From the NCBI RefSeq assembly GCF_044704955.1, contig NC_091984.1:44454001-44518000 (forward strand): a stretch of 64,000 nucleotides of DNA, read 5' to 3'. Every line of letters begins with the position of its first letter. Position 1 is the stretch's first letter. This DNA comes from Pristiophorus japonicus (Eukaryota). Shown piece by piece: positions 48,301-60,569 of this stretch. The notes under the pieces were generated by a model. It saw nothing but the letters and a program-made list of their open reading frames with translations. It was not told the DNA's origin and made no database searches. A program made the position numbers and the translations under genes.

Positions 48301-50896
48301 TGTATGGGTAGAGTTGCGGAACACCAAGGGCAGAAAACGCTAGTGGGAGTTGTGTACAGACCACCAAACGGTAGTAGTGAGGTTGGGGATGGCATCAAAC
48401 AGGAAATTAGGAATGCGTGCAATAAAGGTACAGCAGTTATCATGGGGTCTTTAATCTACACATAGATTGGGCTAACCAAACTGGTAGCAATACGGTGGGG
48501 GATTTCCTGGAGTGTATAAGGGTTAGTTTTCCAGACCAATATGTCGAGGAACCAACGAGAGAGATGGCCATCCTAGACTGGGTGTTGTGAAATGAGAGGG
48601 GATTAATTAGCAATCTTGTTGTGCAAGGCCCCTTGGGGAAGAGTGACCATAATATGGTAGAATTCTTCATTAAGATGGAGAGTGACACAGTTAATTCAGA
48701 GACGAGGGTCTTGAACTTAAGGAAAGGTAACTTCGATGTATGAGATATGAATTGACTAGGATAGACTGGCGAATGATACTGAAACGGTTGACAGTGAATA
48801 GGCAATGGCAGACATTTAAAGATCACATGGATGAATTTCAACAATTGTACATCCCTGTGGCGTAAAAATAAAACGAGAAAGGTGGCTCAACCTTGGTTAA
48901 CAAGGGAAATTAGGGATAGTGTTAAATCCAAGGAAGAGGCATATAAATAGGCCAGAAAAAGCAGCAAACCTGATAACTAGGAGAAATTTAGAATTCAGCA
49001 GAGGAGGACAAAGATTTTAATTAGGAGGGGGGAAATAGAGTATGAGAGTAAGCTTGCAGGGAACATAAAAACTGACTGCAAAAGCTTCTACAGATATATG
49101 TGAAGAGAAAAAGTTTAGTGAAGACAAATGTAGGTCTCTTGCAGTCAGAATCAGATGAATTTATAATGGGGAACAAAGAAATGGCAGACCAGTTGAACAA
49201 ATACTTTGGTTCTGTCTTCACGAAGGAAGACACAAATAATCTTCCGGAAATACTCGGGGACTGAGGGTCTAGTGAGAAGGAGGAACTGAAGGAAATCCTT
49301 ATTAGTCAGGAAATTGTGTTCGGGAAATTGATGGGATTGAAGGCCAATAAATCCCCAGGGCCTGATAGTCTGCATCCCAGAGTACTTAAGGAAGTGCCCC
49401 TAGAAATAGGGGATGCATTGGTGGTCATTTTCCAACATTCTATAGATTCTGGATCAGTTCCTATGAATTGGAGGGTAGCTAATGTAACCACTTTTTTAAA
49501 AAGGAGGCAGAGAGAAAACAGGGAATTATAGATTAGTCTGACATCTGTGGTAGGGAAAATATTGGAATCAATTATTAAAGATGTAATAGCGCATTTGGAA
49601 AGCAGTGACATGATCGGTCCAAGTCGGCATGGATTTATGAAAGGGAAATCATGCTTGACAAATCTTCTTGAGGATGTAACTAGCAGAGTGGACAAGGGAG
49701 CCCCAGTGGATGTAGTGTATTTGGACTTTCAAAAGGCTTTTGACAAGGTCCCACACAAGAGATTAGTGTGCAAAATTAAAGCACATGGTATTGGGGGTAA
49801 TGTATTGACGTGGATAGAGAACTGGTTGGCAGACAGGAAGCAAAGAGTAGGAATAAACGGGGCCTTTTCAGAATGGCAGGCAGTGACTAGTGGGGTACCG
49901 CAAGGTTTAGTGCTGGGACCCCAGGTATTTACAATATACATTAATGATTTAGACAAAGGAATTGAATGTAATATCTCCAGGGTTGCAGATGACACTAAGC
50001 TGGGTGGTGGTGTGAGCTGTGGGGAGGATGCCAAGAGACTGCAGGGTGACTTGGACAGGTTAGGTGAGTGGGCAAATGCATGGCAGATGCAGCATAATGT
50101 AGATACATGTGAGGTTATCCACTTTGGTGGTAAAAACAGAAAGCAGAATATTATTTGAATGGTGACAGATTAGGAAAAGGGGAGGTGCAATGAGACCTGG
50201 GTGTCATAGTTCATCAGTCATTGAAAGTTGGCATGCAGGTACAGCAGGCGGTGAAGGCGACAAAAGGCATGTTGGCCTTCATAGCAAGAGGATTTGGGAA
50301 TATGAGCAGGGAGGTCTTCCTGCAGTTGTACAGGGCCTTGATGAGGCCACACCTTGAATATTTTGTACAGTTTTGGTCTCCTAATCTGAGGAAGGACATT
50401 CTTGCTATTGAGGGAGTGCAGCGAACGTTCACCAGACTGATTCCCAAAATGGCAGGACTAATATATGAAGAAAGACTGGATCGACTAGGCTTATATTCAC
50501 TGGAAATTAGAAGAATGAGAGGGGATCTCATAGAAACATATAAAATTCTGACAGGATTAGACAGGTTAGATGCAGGAAGAATGCTCCCGATGTTGGGGAA
50601 GTCCAGAACCAGGGGTCACAGTCTAAGAAGTAACCCTTTTAGGACCGAGATGAGGAGAAACTTCTTCATTCAGAGAGTTGTGAAATTCTCTACCACAGAA
50701 AGTTGTTGAGGCCAGTTCGTTAGATATATTCAAAAGGGAGTTAGATATGGCCCTTATGGCTAAAGGGATCAAGGGGTATGGAGAGAAAGCAGGAATGGTG
50801 TACTGAAGTTGCATGATCAGCCATGATCATATTGAATGGTGGTGCAGGCTCGAAGGGCCGAATGGCCTACTCCTGCATCTATTTTCTATGTTTCTA
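45371..50896 (+). mobile_element. Near full-length CR1 copy E (5' UTR, ORF1 46978-47893, ORF2 about 48050-50800), disrupted
   Basis: ORF1 MAGEPKPMSCSSC, leucine zipper, SGNH esterase motifs GDS / VHIGTND / DSLHL; APE and RT with stops and frameshifts. Confidence 0.88.
45421..46736 (+). mobile_element. Young CR1 copy D inserted in the 5' UTR of copy E
   Basis: Uninterrupted 384-aa RT C-terminal ORF 45539-46693; the gaggcccataaa UTR repeat resumes after the tail. Confidence 0.88.
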
Positions 50897-53654
50897 TGAA
50901 AGTAAACTAGCACAAAATATAAAAACAGATAGTAAGAGTTTCTACAGGTACATAAAAAGGAAAAGAGTGACTAAAATAAATGTTGGTCCACTAGAGGATG
51001 AGACTGGAGAATTAATAATGGAGAACAGGGAAACGACAGAAATGTTGAACAAATATTTTGTATCGGTCTTCATGGTAAAAGGCACTAAAAACATCCCAAT
51101 AGTGGATAATCAAGGGGCTATAAGGAGGGAGGAACTTAATACAATCATTATCACTAATGAAGTAGTACTTGGTAAAATAATGGGAGTAAAGGCAGACAAG
51201 TCCCCTGGACCTGATGGCTTACATCCTAGAGTCTTAAAAGTGGCTGCAGAGAAAGCAGATGTATTGGTTGTAATCTACCAAAATTCCCTGGATTCTGGGG
51301 CAGTTCCAGCAGATTGGAAAACTGCAAATGTAATGCCCCTATTTAAAAAAAGGAGGCAGACAAAAAGCAGGAAACTATAGACCAGTTAGCCTAACATCTG
51401 TCATTGGGAAAATGCTGGAGTCCATTATTAAGGAAGCAGTAATTTGGAAAAGCATAATTCAACCAAGCAGAGGCAGCATGGTTTTATGAAAGGAAAATCA
51501 TGTTTGACAAAGTTGCTGAAATTCTTTGAGGATGTAACGAGCGGGGTGGATAAGGGGGAACCAGTGGATGTGGTGTATTTGGATTTCCAGAAGGCATTCG
51601 GTAAGGTGCCACATAAAAGGTTCATGGGGTTTGGGGCTAAAGTATCAGCATGGATAGAGGATTGGCTAGCTAACTGAAAACAGAGAGTCGGAATAAATGG
51701 GTCCTTTTCCGGTTGGCAAACAGTAACTAGTGTGGTGCCGCAGGGATCGGTGCTGGGTCCTCAACTATTTACAATCTATATTAATAACTTGGATGAAGGA
51801 ACCCAGTGTTATGTAGCCATGTTTGCTGATGATACAAAGATAGGTGGGAAAGCAAATTGTGAGGACACAAAAAATCTGCAAAGAGATATAGACAGGCTAA
51901 GTGAGTGGGCAAAAATTTTGCAGATGGAGTATAATGTGGGAAAATGTGAGGTTATCCATTTTGGCAGAAAAATAGAAAAGCAAATTATAATTTAAATGGA
52001 GAAAAATTGCAAACTGCTGCAGTACAGAGGGCCCTGGGGGTCATTGTGCATGAAACACAAAAAGTTAGTATGCAGGCACAGCAAGTAATCAGGAAGGCAA
52101 ATTGAATGTTGGCCTTTATTGCAAGGGGGAATAGAGTATAAAAGCAGAGAAGTCCTGCTGCAACTGTACAGGGTATTGATGAGGCCACATCTAGAGTCCT
52201 GCATACAGTTTTGGTTTCCATATTTAAGGAAGGATATACTTGCATTGGAGGCTTTTCAGAGAAGGTTCACTCGGTTGATTCCGGAGATGAGGGAGTTGAC
52301 TAATGAAGATAGGTTCTTATAAAGATGGGCCTATACACATTGGAGTTCAGAAAAATGAGAGGTGATCTAATCGAAACATTTAAGATAATGAGGGGGCTCG
52401 ACAATGTGGATGCAGAGAGGATATTTCCACTCATAGGGGGAACTAGAACTAGGGGACATAGTCTCAGAATAATGGGCCGCCCATTTAAAACTGAGATGAG
52501 GAGGAATTTCTTCTCTCAGCGGGATGTAAATCCATGGAATTCTCTGCCCCAGAGAGCTGTGGAGGCTGGGTGATTGAATATATTTGAGGTGGAGATAGAC
52601 AGATTTTTGAGCAGGAAGGGAAGTGGGCAGGGAAATGAAGCTGAGTCCATGCTCAGATCAGCTATGATATTAAGTGGCGGAGTGGGCTTGAGGGGCCAGA
52701 TACTCCTGCACCTATTTCTTATGTTCTTAGATGAAAGTTAATGCAGAGAATGTGAAGTGACACATTTTGGTAGGAAGAATGAGAAGAGGCAATATAAACT
52801 AAAAGGTACAATTTTAGAGGAGGTGCAGGAACAGAGAGACCTGGGGGTGTATGTACATACATCTTTGAAGTGGGCAGGACATGTTGAGAAGGCTGTTAAT
52901 AAAGCCAAAGATCCATTTTTAATAGAGGCATAGAGTACAAAAGCAAGAGAATTATGCTAAACCTTTATAAAACATTGGCAAGTCCTCAGCTGGAGTATTA
53001 TGTTCAATTATGGACACCACACTTCAGGAAAGACGCCAATGCTTAGAGAGGGTGCATAAGAAATTCAGTAGAATGGTACCAGGGATGAGGGACTTCAGTT
53101 ATGTGGAGATACCGGAGAAGCTGAGGTTGTTCTCCTTAGGGCACAGAAGGTTAAGAGGAGATCTGATAGAGGTGTTCAAAATTATGATCGGTTTTGATAG
53201 AGTAAGTAAGGAGAAACTGATTTGTGGCAGAAGGGGCAGTAACCAGAGTACTCAGATTTAAGGTGATTGGCAAAAGAACCAGAGACAACATTTTTGTTTT
53301 TACGCAGCGAGTTATGATGATCTGGAATGCATTGCCTGAAAGGGTGGTGGAAGCAGATTTGATAGTAACTATCAAAAGGGAATTGGATAAATACTTGAAG
53401 GGAAAAAATTACAGGACAATGGGGAAAGAGTAGGGGAATGGACTAATTGGATAGTTCTACCAGAGACAGCACAGGCACAATGGGCTGAATGGCCTCCTTC
53501 TGCGCTGTATCATTCTGTACCAAAGAACAGGCAAGCATAGAGGTTTCTGAAAAATAAACAATTTGGCCAATAACTTTCCTAATATTTCAATAAAAATTTC
53601 ATTTTTGAAAGGCAAGGCTGATTAGTACCAAACAAATACATGTTTTAACCTTAC

Positions 53655-53772
53655 CAGCAGTTGAACTGTATCCTTCTTCAGTATTTGCAACAATTTATAA
53701 AAGCTTGCAAAAAATAATGGGTAAGTGTAGCCTCGTATCCTCTCTTTCCATTCCCAGGTTAAATATCCATAT
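53655..53772 (-). CDS. PIGB: PIGB coding exon 3 ([18 protein letters not shown]...VQLL)
   Basis: 118 nt; preceded by U12 branch point CCTTAAC and an AA terminus; gtaagg donor. Confidence 0.95.
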
Positions 53773-55789
53773 TTGAGAATGTTAAGGTTGTATTAAATAT
53801 TTCTTTTAAAAATAAACAAAATCGTCTGTCTGTCTGCTTTAAGCAACGTGATTGATTGATCAAGTACCATGTGACCACCAAAATGTAAGCTCTGATTGGG
53901 CATGACCAGTTTTCTGATTAATCCCTACTAAGCAAGTGCTGAGCAACAATCTGATACAAGATACAGTATATATAAGCCACCATCGTGTCCCACAGCTGGT
54001 CCCTCCACTTCACAACTCCTCGATCCTTCATACCCAGCAGCAACATCAGACATTCTAAGAGTCATTTGGTCCACTCTGCTCCTCAACTTGCCAAGGCCCT
54101 GCTTCTCTTCCCTAATTGCTTACATCAAACCTTTGGTAATCGAAGAAGTTAAATAATGTAAAATATATTTGGTCAAAAAAATACCCTGAGGGTTCTTTTG
54201 TTTATCTGGATGTCCCAGATGTCAGGGGATAATTGGATTGGGGTGCACATACATAATTTAGTCCACATTTTAAAGACATATATTCTATCCTTATTTTTAC
54301 ATAATACTTTGAGTTTATATTATTATTTATAGTTAAATAGTCAAGCTTACATCAATTTGGGAAGCAGAGAAGTAGGTAGAGATGGTTGGAGTATAGAAGT
54401 TTCTTTGCAATACAGACTGAGGATCTGGAAGATGTAAAACTGAGGCATACCAGCACTTCCACTGGCAGGAGGATGTAATTATAATGTTACAAGTTTACCC
54501 AGACAGTTACCATTATAAGAACATAAGAAATAGGAACAGGAGTAGGCCATATGGCCCCTCGAGCCTGCTCCACCATTCAATAAGATCATGGCCGATCTGA
54601 TCATGGCCTCAGCTCCACCTCCCTGCCGACGACGAAAAGGAGCCTGGCGAGGCCCTCATTGGATAGCCACACCATCCACGGATTCTAAATGTTCACATTG
54701 GAACTTGTAATGGAAGTTCATGCTGATGTAAGATTTTAAAAATATTACAGGTGTGTGTGTCAGGTTCTTCCTTCCCAATTTTAACTGAGACAAGCTTCCA
54801 GCAGGAGCCAGGCACTTCCTTACAAAGTGTGTCACATTTCTCTCTCTAGTGCAGTGCATTGTGGTCAATGGAAAATAGATGAGAAGTTTTACGTGCCAAC
54901 TAACTTAGACACAGATGACTAAAATTGTACTTTACAAAATCAATCTATTAGAGATCGTGTTTAGGTTTAGATGTGAATAAGTGACACTAACGTTTCCTTT
55001 ACAATATTGCAATACATTCTGGTAGACAAATCTAGCTGTCCCGAAATCTTTCCACACTTCATGCAATTTGCAATTAGTTTTAGCAACCCAATCAACAAAT
55101 TAGATACATAGTATCAGGCCATATTTGAGAACTGGTTATAGCAACCGCAAAGGTTTTCTTATCTTCCGTTCTGTAATTAAAAGAAAACCTTCATTCATAT
55201 TTACATTGTACCATCTTCTAATTTTTAATATTTTTCCCCGTCCCTAATTAGATGCTGCTGACTATTTTCTGACCAAAGTGGGGTGGGCACAGGAATTGCT
55301 AATAGACATCTGTAGATATCAAACATTAAGAAAGAGCACAAACGCATATGCCAGGTTGACTTCCTCTTCAATCCCCAGATTGGTTTGAAATATGTAATTC
55401 ACTGCATGCAGAACTACAGCTGCAAACATGTAAACCATCACTCCATAAGCTTTTTTTTCTGCAGGATAGAGAAGAATATAAAAGAAAATTAAAAAGTTGT
55501 ATTTCAAGAAGTAATTTCAGGAACTCCCAGCCTTTTGAAGACAACATTATTTTAAAGCAAATATTATTACATTAGGTCTCCACGTTCAGTAGCACATAAC
55601 TATCCCATATATCCCAATTCCATCTCACTCTACTGTCACGAATAGACAAAAATGCAGCTTGATCAGGCATAAAAGTTATACTTGATCTGTGATGTCCAAA
55701 AGATTGGCACATCTGTGAATTACAATAGGCTGATCGAAAAGTTACAATTTTTTTTATGTGCATGTACAATTTGAAAACTTAAAGGATAT
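53773..55789 (-). other. PIGB: U12-type (minor spliceosome) intron 2 of PIGB with AT-AA termini
   Basis: 5' ATATCCTTT; 3' CCTTAAC-ATTCTC-AA; no in-frame GT-AG alternative at the homologous junction. Confidence 0.9.
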
Positions 55790-56990
55790 TTGAAGACCAT
55801 GTTGTGTGCAACTTCGAGTGACTGCCAATACTCATCAGGAACAAAGCTCGTCTGGACTAGAATGCAGTTCACCATCCTCAAAGCTACAGTAAACATAATT
55901 AAATAGGTGTTTGGACCCAATAGACCTGGATTAAAAAAAACAGAAAAATTACAATTACAATATCATTATAGAAGTAGCAAAATATTTTGGTGGATCCAAA
56001 TATCAGCTGTGTTTTTCTGAGGAAGGCGGTGTCACATTAGACATTTTTCATGGAGTAAATATTACGCCTTAGGAAAAAATAATCTTATAATCGTTAATGA
56101 GTACTTCTATAGAAAAATTCTATCCAATGAAGCATTTTCCACAAAAAATTCTGGACGATTCAATTTTTATTCTTAAAGAAAATCTTGTTCGATGATTAAA
56201 TATTATGATTGCTAAGCATTCACTGCTAGATAATTAACATTTTCTTGCTCTCCACTATATTCAAAAAGGAGTTAGATGTAGTCCTTACTACTAGGGTGAT
56301 CAAGGGGTATGGCAAGAAAGCAGGAATGGGGTACTGAGGTTGCATGTTCAGCCATGAACTCATTGAATGGCGGTGCAGGCTCGAAGGGCCGAATGGCCTA
56401 CTCCTGCACTTATTTTCTATGTTTCTAAGTCCCGTATACTATCTCAGCATCTAATCAGTGGAGAGAACACACTGGGGTGAATTAGGGAATTTACTTGGTC
56501 TATCGGAATCCTGTTATTAGCAACAGCATGATTTAGTCAAATTCTGGAACAACCATAAACCATTTTTGAAAACTTGTGTCTGCCAACTTTTTACTCAATT
56601 TTATTTCAAGTGGAATAACACCCTTGCGTATCTTCCCAAGCTCATAGAATCATACAGTACAGAAGAATGCCAGTTGACCCATCATGCCTGTGCCAGCTCT
56701 TTGAAAGAGCTATTCAATTAGTCACACTCCCCTGCTGCTCATTCTCCATAGCCCTGCATTTTTTTCTTTTCAAGTATATATCCAGTTCCTTTTTGAAAGT
56801 TACTATTGAATCCGCTTCCACCACTCTTTCAGGCAGTGCATTCCAGATCATAAAAACTCACTGCATAAAAGTATTTCTCGTCTTCCTCTTGGTTCTTTTG
56901 CCAATTATCTTAAATCGATATCTTCTGGTTATCGACCCGCCAATGGAAACAGTTTCTCCCTATTTACTCCATCAAAACCCTTCAGAACAC
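54517..56990. mobile_element. Three isolated CR1 tails (54517-54628 -, 56250-56427 +, 56645-56990 -)
   Basis: CR1 terminal hairpin and short repeat motifs; the interval also contains PIGB exon 2. Confidence 0.7.
55790..55925 (-). CDS. PIGB: PIGB coding exon 2 (LLGPNTYL...[21 protein letters not shown])
   Basis: 136 nt, ccag acceptor; PDEYWQSLE motif of the GT22 family; followed by U12 donor ATATCCTTT. Confidence 0.96.
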
Positions 56991-57229
56991 AGTTTTGCCC
57001 AGAAATGTATAGTGTACAGTAGCGGTTGGAAAGCATTTTTTGTGTGGGTGATCCCCTGCAAATATTGATACACATCCAGGGATCCGCTCACTTAACTTCT
57101 GAAAGGCAGTGCCAGCTACCCAAAGAAAAACAATGCCATCACTGCACAAAACATTTACTCACACACAGTAACAGAACTAATGTGCTAGTAATTGAAATAC
57201 AGTATGTATTGACAGGATAGTACCCTAGT

Positions 57230-57620
57230 GAGAGTTAGTGATGAGGAGTCTTCAATTTAAAATTGTCATAGAGAAAAGAGTTTGGGAGAAATCTCTTTAT
57301 ACAGGTGATTATTGGAGAATGGAATGCTTTGTCACATAAATTGGTTGAGGCATCTTTTATGCTGAAAATGAATAAATATTTGAGACATAGTAAGATACAA
57401 GGCAATGGGGAGAGTGTTTTGGAATAAAAGCAGAAAATGTTGGAAACACTCAGCAGGTCAGTCATCGTCTATGGAGAGATAGAGACAGTGTTAACGTTTT
57501 AGGTCGATGACCTTTCATTGGGTCAGATCAGACCAGATTAGTTTTGGATTGCTCTAAGAGCCAACACAGACGCAATGGGCCGAACGGCCTCCTAGGCTGA
57601 CCTCTGGGATCCTGCGATCC
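57230..57620. mobile_element. Decayed CR1 tail (+) interrupted by a Penelope-type fragment (57424-57520, -)
   Basis: CR1 tail motif atgggccgaacggcctcc; insert gttaacgttttaggtcgatgacctttcat. Confidence 0.6.
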
Positions 57621-57978
57621 ATTGGAAAAACCACTCCAGCTGATCGGAAGAGGTGGATAGGATTGGCTGGCTTATGCTACGGAACTATTAGCCAACAAAA
57701 ACCTTCCCGGTCCAGAGGATGCATTAAGCTCATTCAATTCAGATCAAAGTGTAGCTCTGCTTCAAATACTACTACCGCATTTGGAACTATATGCAACGCT
57801 TTAGACTCTTGCACATGATACTATCCAACGAGTTGGCAGCTGGGAAAGATTCCCCCACAACAGGTCTCTTCCAAGGGCTTTTATGAACAGAACGCAACCA
57901 ATTGCGATGTCATTTTGCAAAAGAGCAGCGGCGAGACGAGGACAGATTAAAGTCCTCGGCTACCCATCCTGCCTGTAC

Positions 57979-58102
57979 CTGCGCCCCGCTCCGAGTCGGA
58001 GGGCTCTTTGCTGTACAGCGTCGATTTTCTCTTTCTCAACCGGACCGTTTCGGCAGCCGCGGAACGCCTGCCCCGAAAGAGACTGCGCCTGAGTTTCTCC
58101 AT
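57979..58102 (-). CDS. PIGB: PIGB coding exon 1 (MEKLRRSLF...RLRKRKSTLY...ERGA)
   Basis: ATG at 58102, 124 nt, phase-1 donor G|gtacag; LRKRKSTLY motif as in human PIGB; CpG-rich. Confidence 0.88.
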
Positions 58103-58109
58103 GCTGTAC

Positions 58110-58300
58110 ACTATACTTGTGCTGGGGGGTTCGGGGGCGGGGCGGGCTCAGCGCTCCATCCACTGCCTCCTCGGCCAGCTTCCTCTCCCGTGACGTCAAC
58201 GTCCCCGCGCCCCCGCCCTGCGGATCGTGCGCGCCACCACGCGGACTCGGCGCGCGCCCGTGTTCATGCTGACTCGGGGCCGGCTCGCGAGCCCGAGCGT
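58110..58300 (-). promoter_or_regulatory. PIGB CpG-island promoter / 5' UTR
   Basis: GC boxes (GGGGCGGGGCGGG ~58134-58146, CCCCGCCC ~58211), palindromic CRE TGACGTCA 58191-58198, high CpG density. Confidence 0.7.
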
Positions 58301-58310
58301 CCACTTTTTC

Positions 58311-58400
58311 CCAGTTCTGACGAAGGGTCATCGACCTGAAACGTTGACTCTGTTGCTCTCTCCACAGAAGCTGAGTATTTCCGGCATTTTCTGTTTTTAT
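58311..58400 (+). ncRNA. Penelope-type terminal repeat fragment with intact minimal type I hammerhead ribozyme core
   Basis: AGTT-CTGACGA-AGGGTCATCGACCT-GAAAC-GTT-GACT: conserved CUGANGA and GAAA boxes, stem II, palindromic stem III, 4-bp stem I. Confidence 0.75.
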
Positions 58401-58599
58401 ATTAGCTCGCTTCCACTGGCTGGTGACTCCCTCCCCAGAAGGGGAGGCTGGTTGCCAGGGGGGACCTTATCTCTCTCCACCCCCTATTATAATCACACAC
58501 GGCCTCTTGCTCCCCCTCCCCCAAGTATACAAGTGTGAGAATTTTCGGTTAACGTTCGCTCTCGCTGGTTTTAAATAAATACTGCCGACGCGCTCTTCT

Positions 58600-58873
58600 G
58601 CCTAGAAAGACTACAACTCCCGTGATGCCGTTTTATTTGGAACGCATGCGCAAGCGCGTCGGGGGCGTGGTCGCCCTTTCGCTGATTGGCATTTTGGGCA
58701 GTCGGCGGGCGAGTGCACTGTCGTTCCAAAGCAGCGTGTGGCCGCCTCCACAACCAATCAGAACAGCAGGAAGAGGGGAGGGAGAACAAGTCTGGCAGCC
58801 AAGTTAGGATGAGTGCACAGCGCCTGGAGCAAGGAAGGCTGCATCTTGTGAGCTAGCCCAGCTCAGGGTAAGC
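58600..58873 (+). promoter_or_regulatory. Second promoter module and putative plus-strand first exon of a divergent gene
   Basis: ACTACAACTCCC-GTGATGC (ZNF143/THAP11 type) 58610-58628, NRF1 CGCATGCGCA 58643-58652, CCAAT boxes at 58685 and 58754, donor CAGG|GTAAGC at 58867/58868. Confidence 0.6.
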
Positions 58874-58934
58874 ATTCTACTTTTACCCGAGGCATTCATC
58901 TAATGGAAGTTTAAGCAACAAGTGTAACTGCAAT

Positions 58935-59225
58935 TAGCAGAGAGGTCAATAACCAGGGAGGGGAGGGATAGATTTAAAGTAATTGGTAGAAGGATTGGAG
59001 GGGAGTTGAGGAGAACATTTTTCACCCAGAGGGTGGTGAGGGTCTGGAACTCACTGAACGCATTTAAAAAGTGCTTGGATTATGCACTTGAAGTGGTGTA
59101 ACCTACAGGGTTATGGGCCAAGATCTGAAAAATGGGATTAGGCTGGATAGCCCTTTTTCGGCTGGCACAGGCACGATGGGTCGAATAGCCTCCTTCTCTG
59201 TCATAAATTTCTATGATTCTATGAA
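58935..59225 (+). mobile_element. CR1 3' tail
   Basis: ttttcacccagagggtggtg...ttctatgattctatga. Confidence 0.8.
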
Positions 59226-60569
59226 TTTCTTTTCCTAATCCATCAATTTATGAGCGAATTAATGAGCCGCACGGATTCAAAGTTTAACTTTTAGTCTGAA
59301 ATGAAAATGATTTATCAATGAATGTTTAGTCTGAATTTTAATCTAGGTCTTTTTGTTCTAAATGGAAAAAAAGCTTCATTTGAGACCCTGAAGAAGCATC
59401 TGAATGTTTTATTTATTAATGAGTGAAAATCTGTTTTCGGATAAAGTACAGAAATACATTCTTCAACAACAAAATCGTTTTATTTTTGATTAAAACTCTA
59501 CAGCTTTGGTTAATGATGCCTGCAACTGCCTTAGATATTGGATTATTCTCACATTCTCGTTGACTATCGAACTTTTACCTCTACCCCCCCACCCCCCCCT
59601 GCCACAAACATTACTCCCACCCCCACCCTCACCTTCACCCTCACCCAAGGTCATTTTCAGATCCATTTAATGTTGACAGTGCTCCAGGATTTTAGATTGC
59701 TGTTGATAGCCTAGCTGAGCAATTCCAGCCTGCCTTTTTAATGAAAGTTGAAAATGCTGGAAATACACAGCAGGTCTGGTAGAATCTGAAAATGGAAAAA
59801 TCTGAATCTAAACCCCTTTTTTGCCAGATTTCAAAACTAGAAGATAAGCAAATGGGACTGAAAAAATGAGTGGGAGTAGAGAAATGGTAAAAAACAAGAA
59901 GTGGAAGTGTTAAGTACTGTCACACAGAAACAATTAATGCATTTAATAGCCAGTTTAAAAAAAAATTATGATCATTCAACAAGTCATGCAGCATCTGTGG
60001 AGGGAGAAATAAAGTTAATGTTTCAGGTCAATAACTTTTCATCTGTTTCATTAAGTTAGTGGGACGTAGTATTGTATAGGTGAGTTGGAGTTTGTGGTGT
60101 GGAGCTCGAGGCATATGAAATAAGCTGTGCTTAGAGCTAACAAAGCATGGATGAGAGTTTCAGTAATGCTGGGGATGAAGTAGGGACCGAGGCACTCAAT
60201 GTTATGCAAGTGAAACTAGGTAGTTTTGATGATGGATAGTATGATGGGTTTGAAGTTAGGTTTAGACTGAATAAGGACACCAAAGTTGTGAACTGTCATG
60301 GAGTGGATGGAAATGGGGGCTAGGATGCAGAGTTTCTGGTAGGATCAATCAATCAATCAATTTTGATAAATCTACATAATGTTGACAACAGCTTGCCGAA
60401 TCCCCCATCATCAACATCCTGGGGGTGACCATTGACCAGAAACTTAATTGGACCAGCCACATAAATACTGTGGCAACAAGAGCTGGTCAGAGGTTGGGTA
60501 TTCTGTGGTGAGTGTCTCACCTCCTGACTCCCAAAGCCATTCCACCATCTACAAGGCACAAGTCAGGAA

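Larger units (their letters stand above)
44284..52727 (+). mobile_element. CR1 copy C (44284-45370 and 50897-52727)
   Basis: APE start LKALYLNA..., resumes at ESKLAQNIKTDSKSFY, ends in tail ttcttatgttctta. Confidence 0.8.
41560..53520 (+). mobile_element. Old CR1 (copy A: 41560-42620 and 52728-53520) split by about 10.1 kb of younger insertions
   Basis: Reading breaks at ...gtcagat (42620) and resumes as agatgaaagttaatgcagag (52728), the WQMKFNxEKCEV motif. Confidence 0.8.

Noticed and set aside
55000-55190. Acceptor-like ttttcttttaattacag inside the U12 intron as a hidden coding exon
   Set aside because: The frames I read hit stops and show no PIGB homology; it could only be a cryptic site
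57883-58538. Overlapping ORFs at the PIGB CpG island
   Set aside because: Explained by GC richness; the true exon 1 frame is 58102-57979 on the minus strand
58880-60350. Search for a PIGBOS1 microprotein ORF
   Set aside because: No short ORF with the expected N-terminal transmembrane pattern seen; the region is repeat fragments and AT-rich DNA
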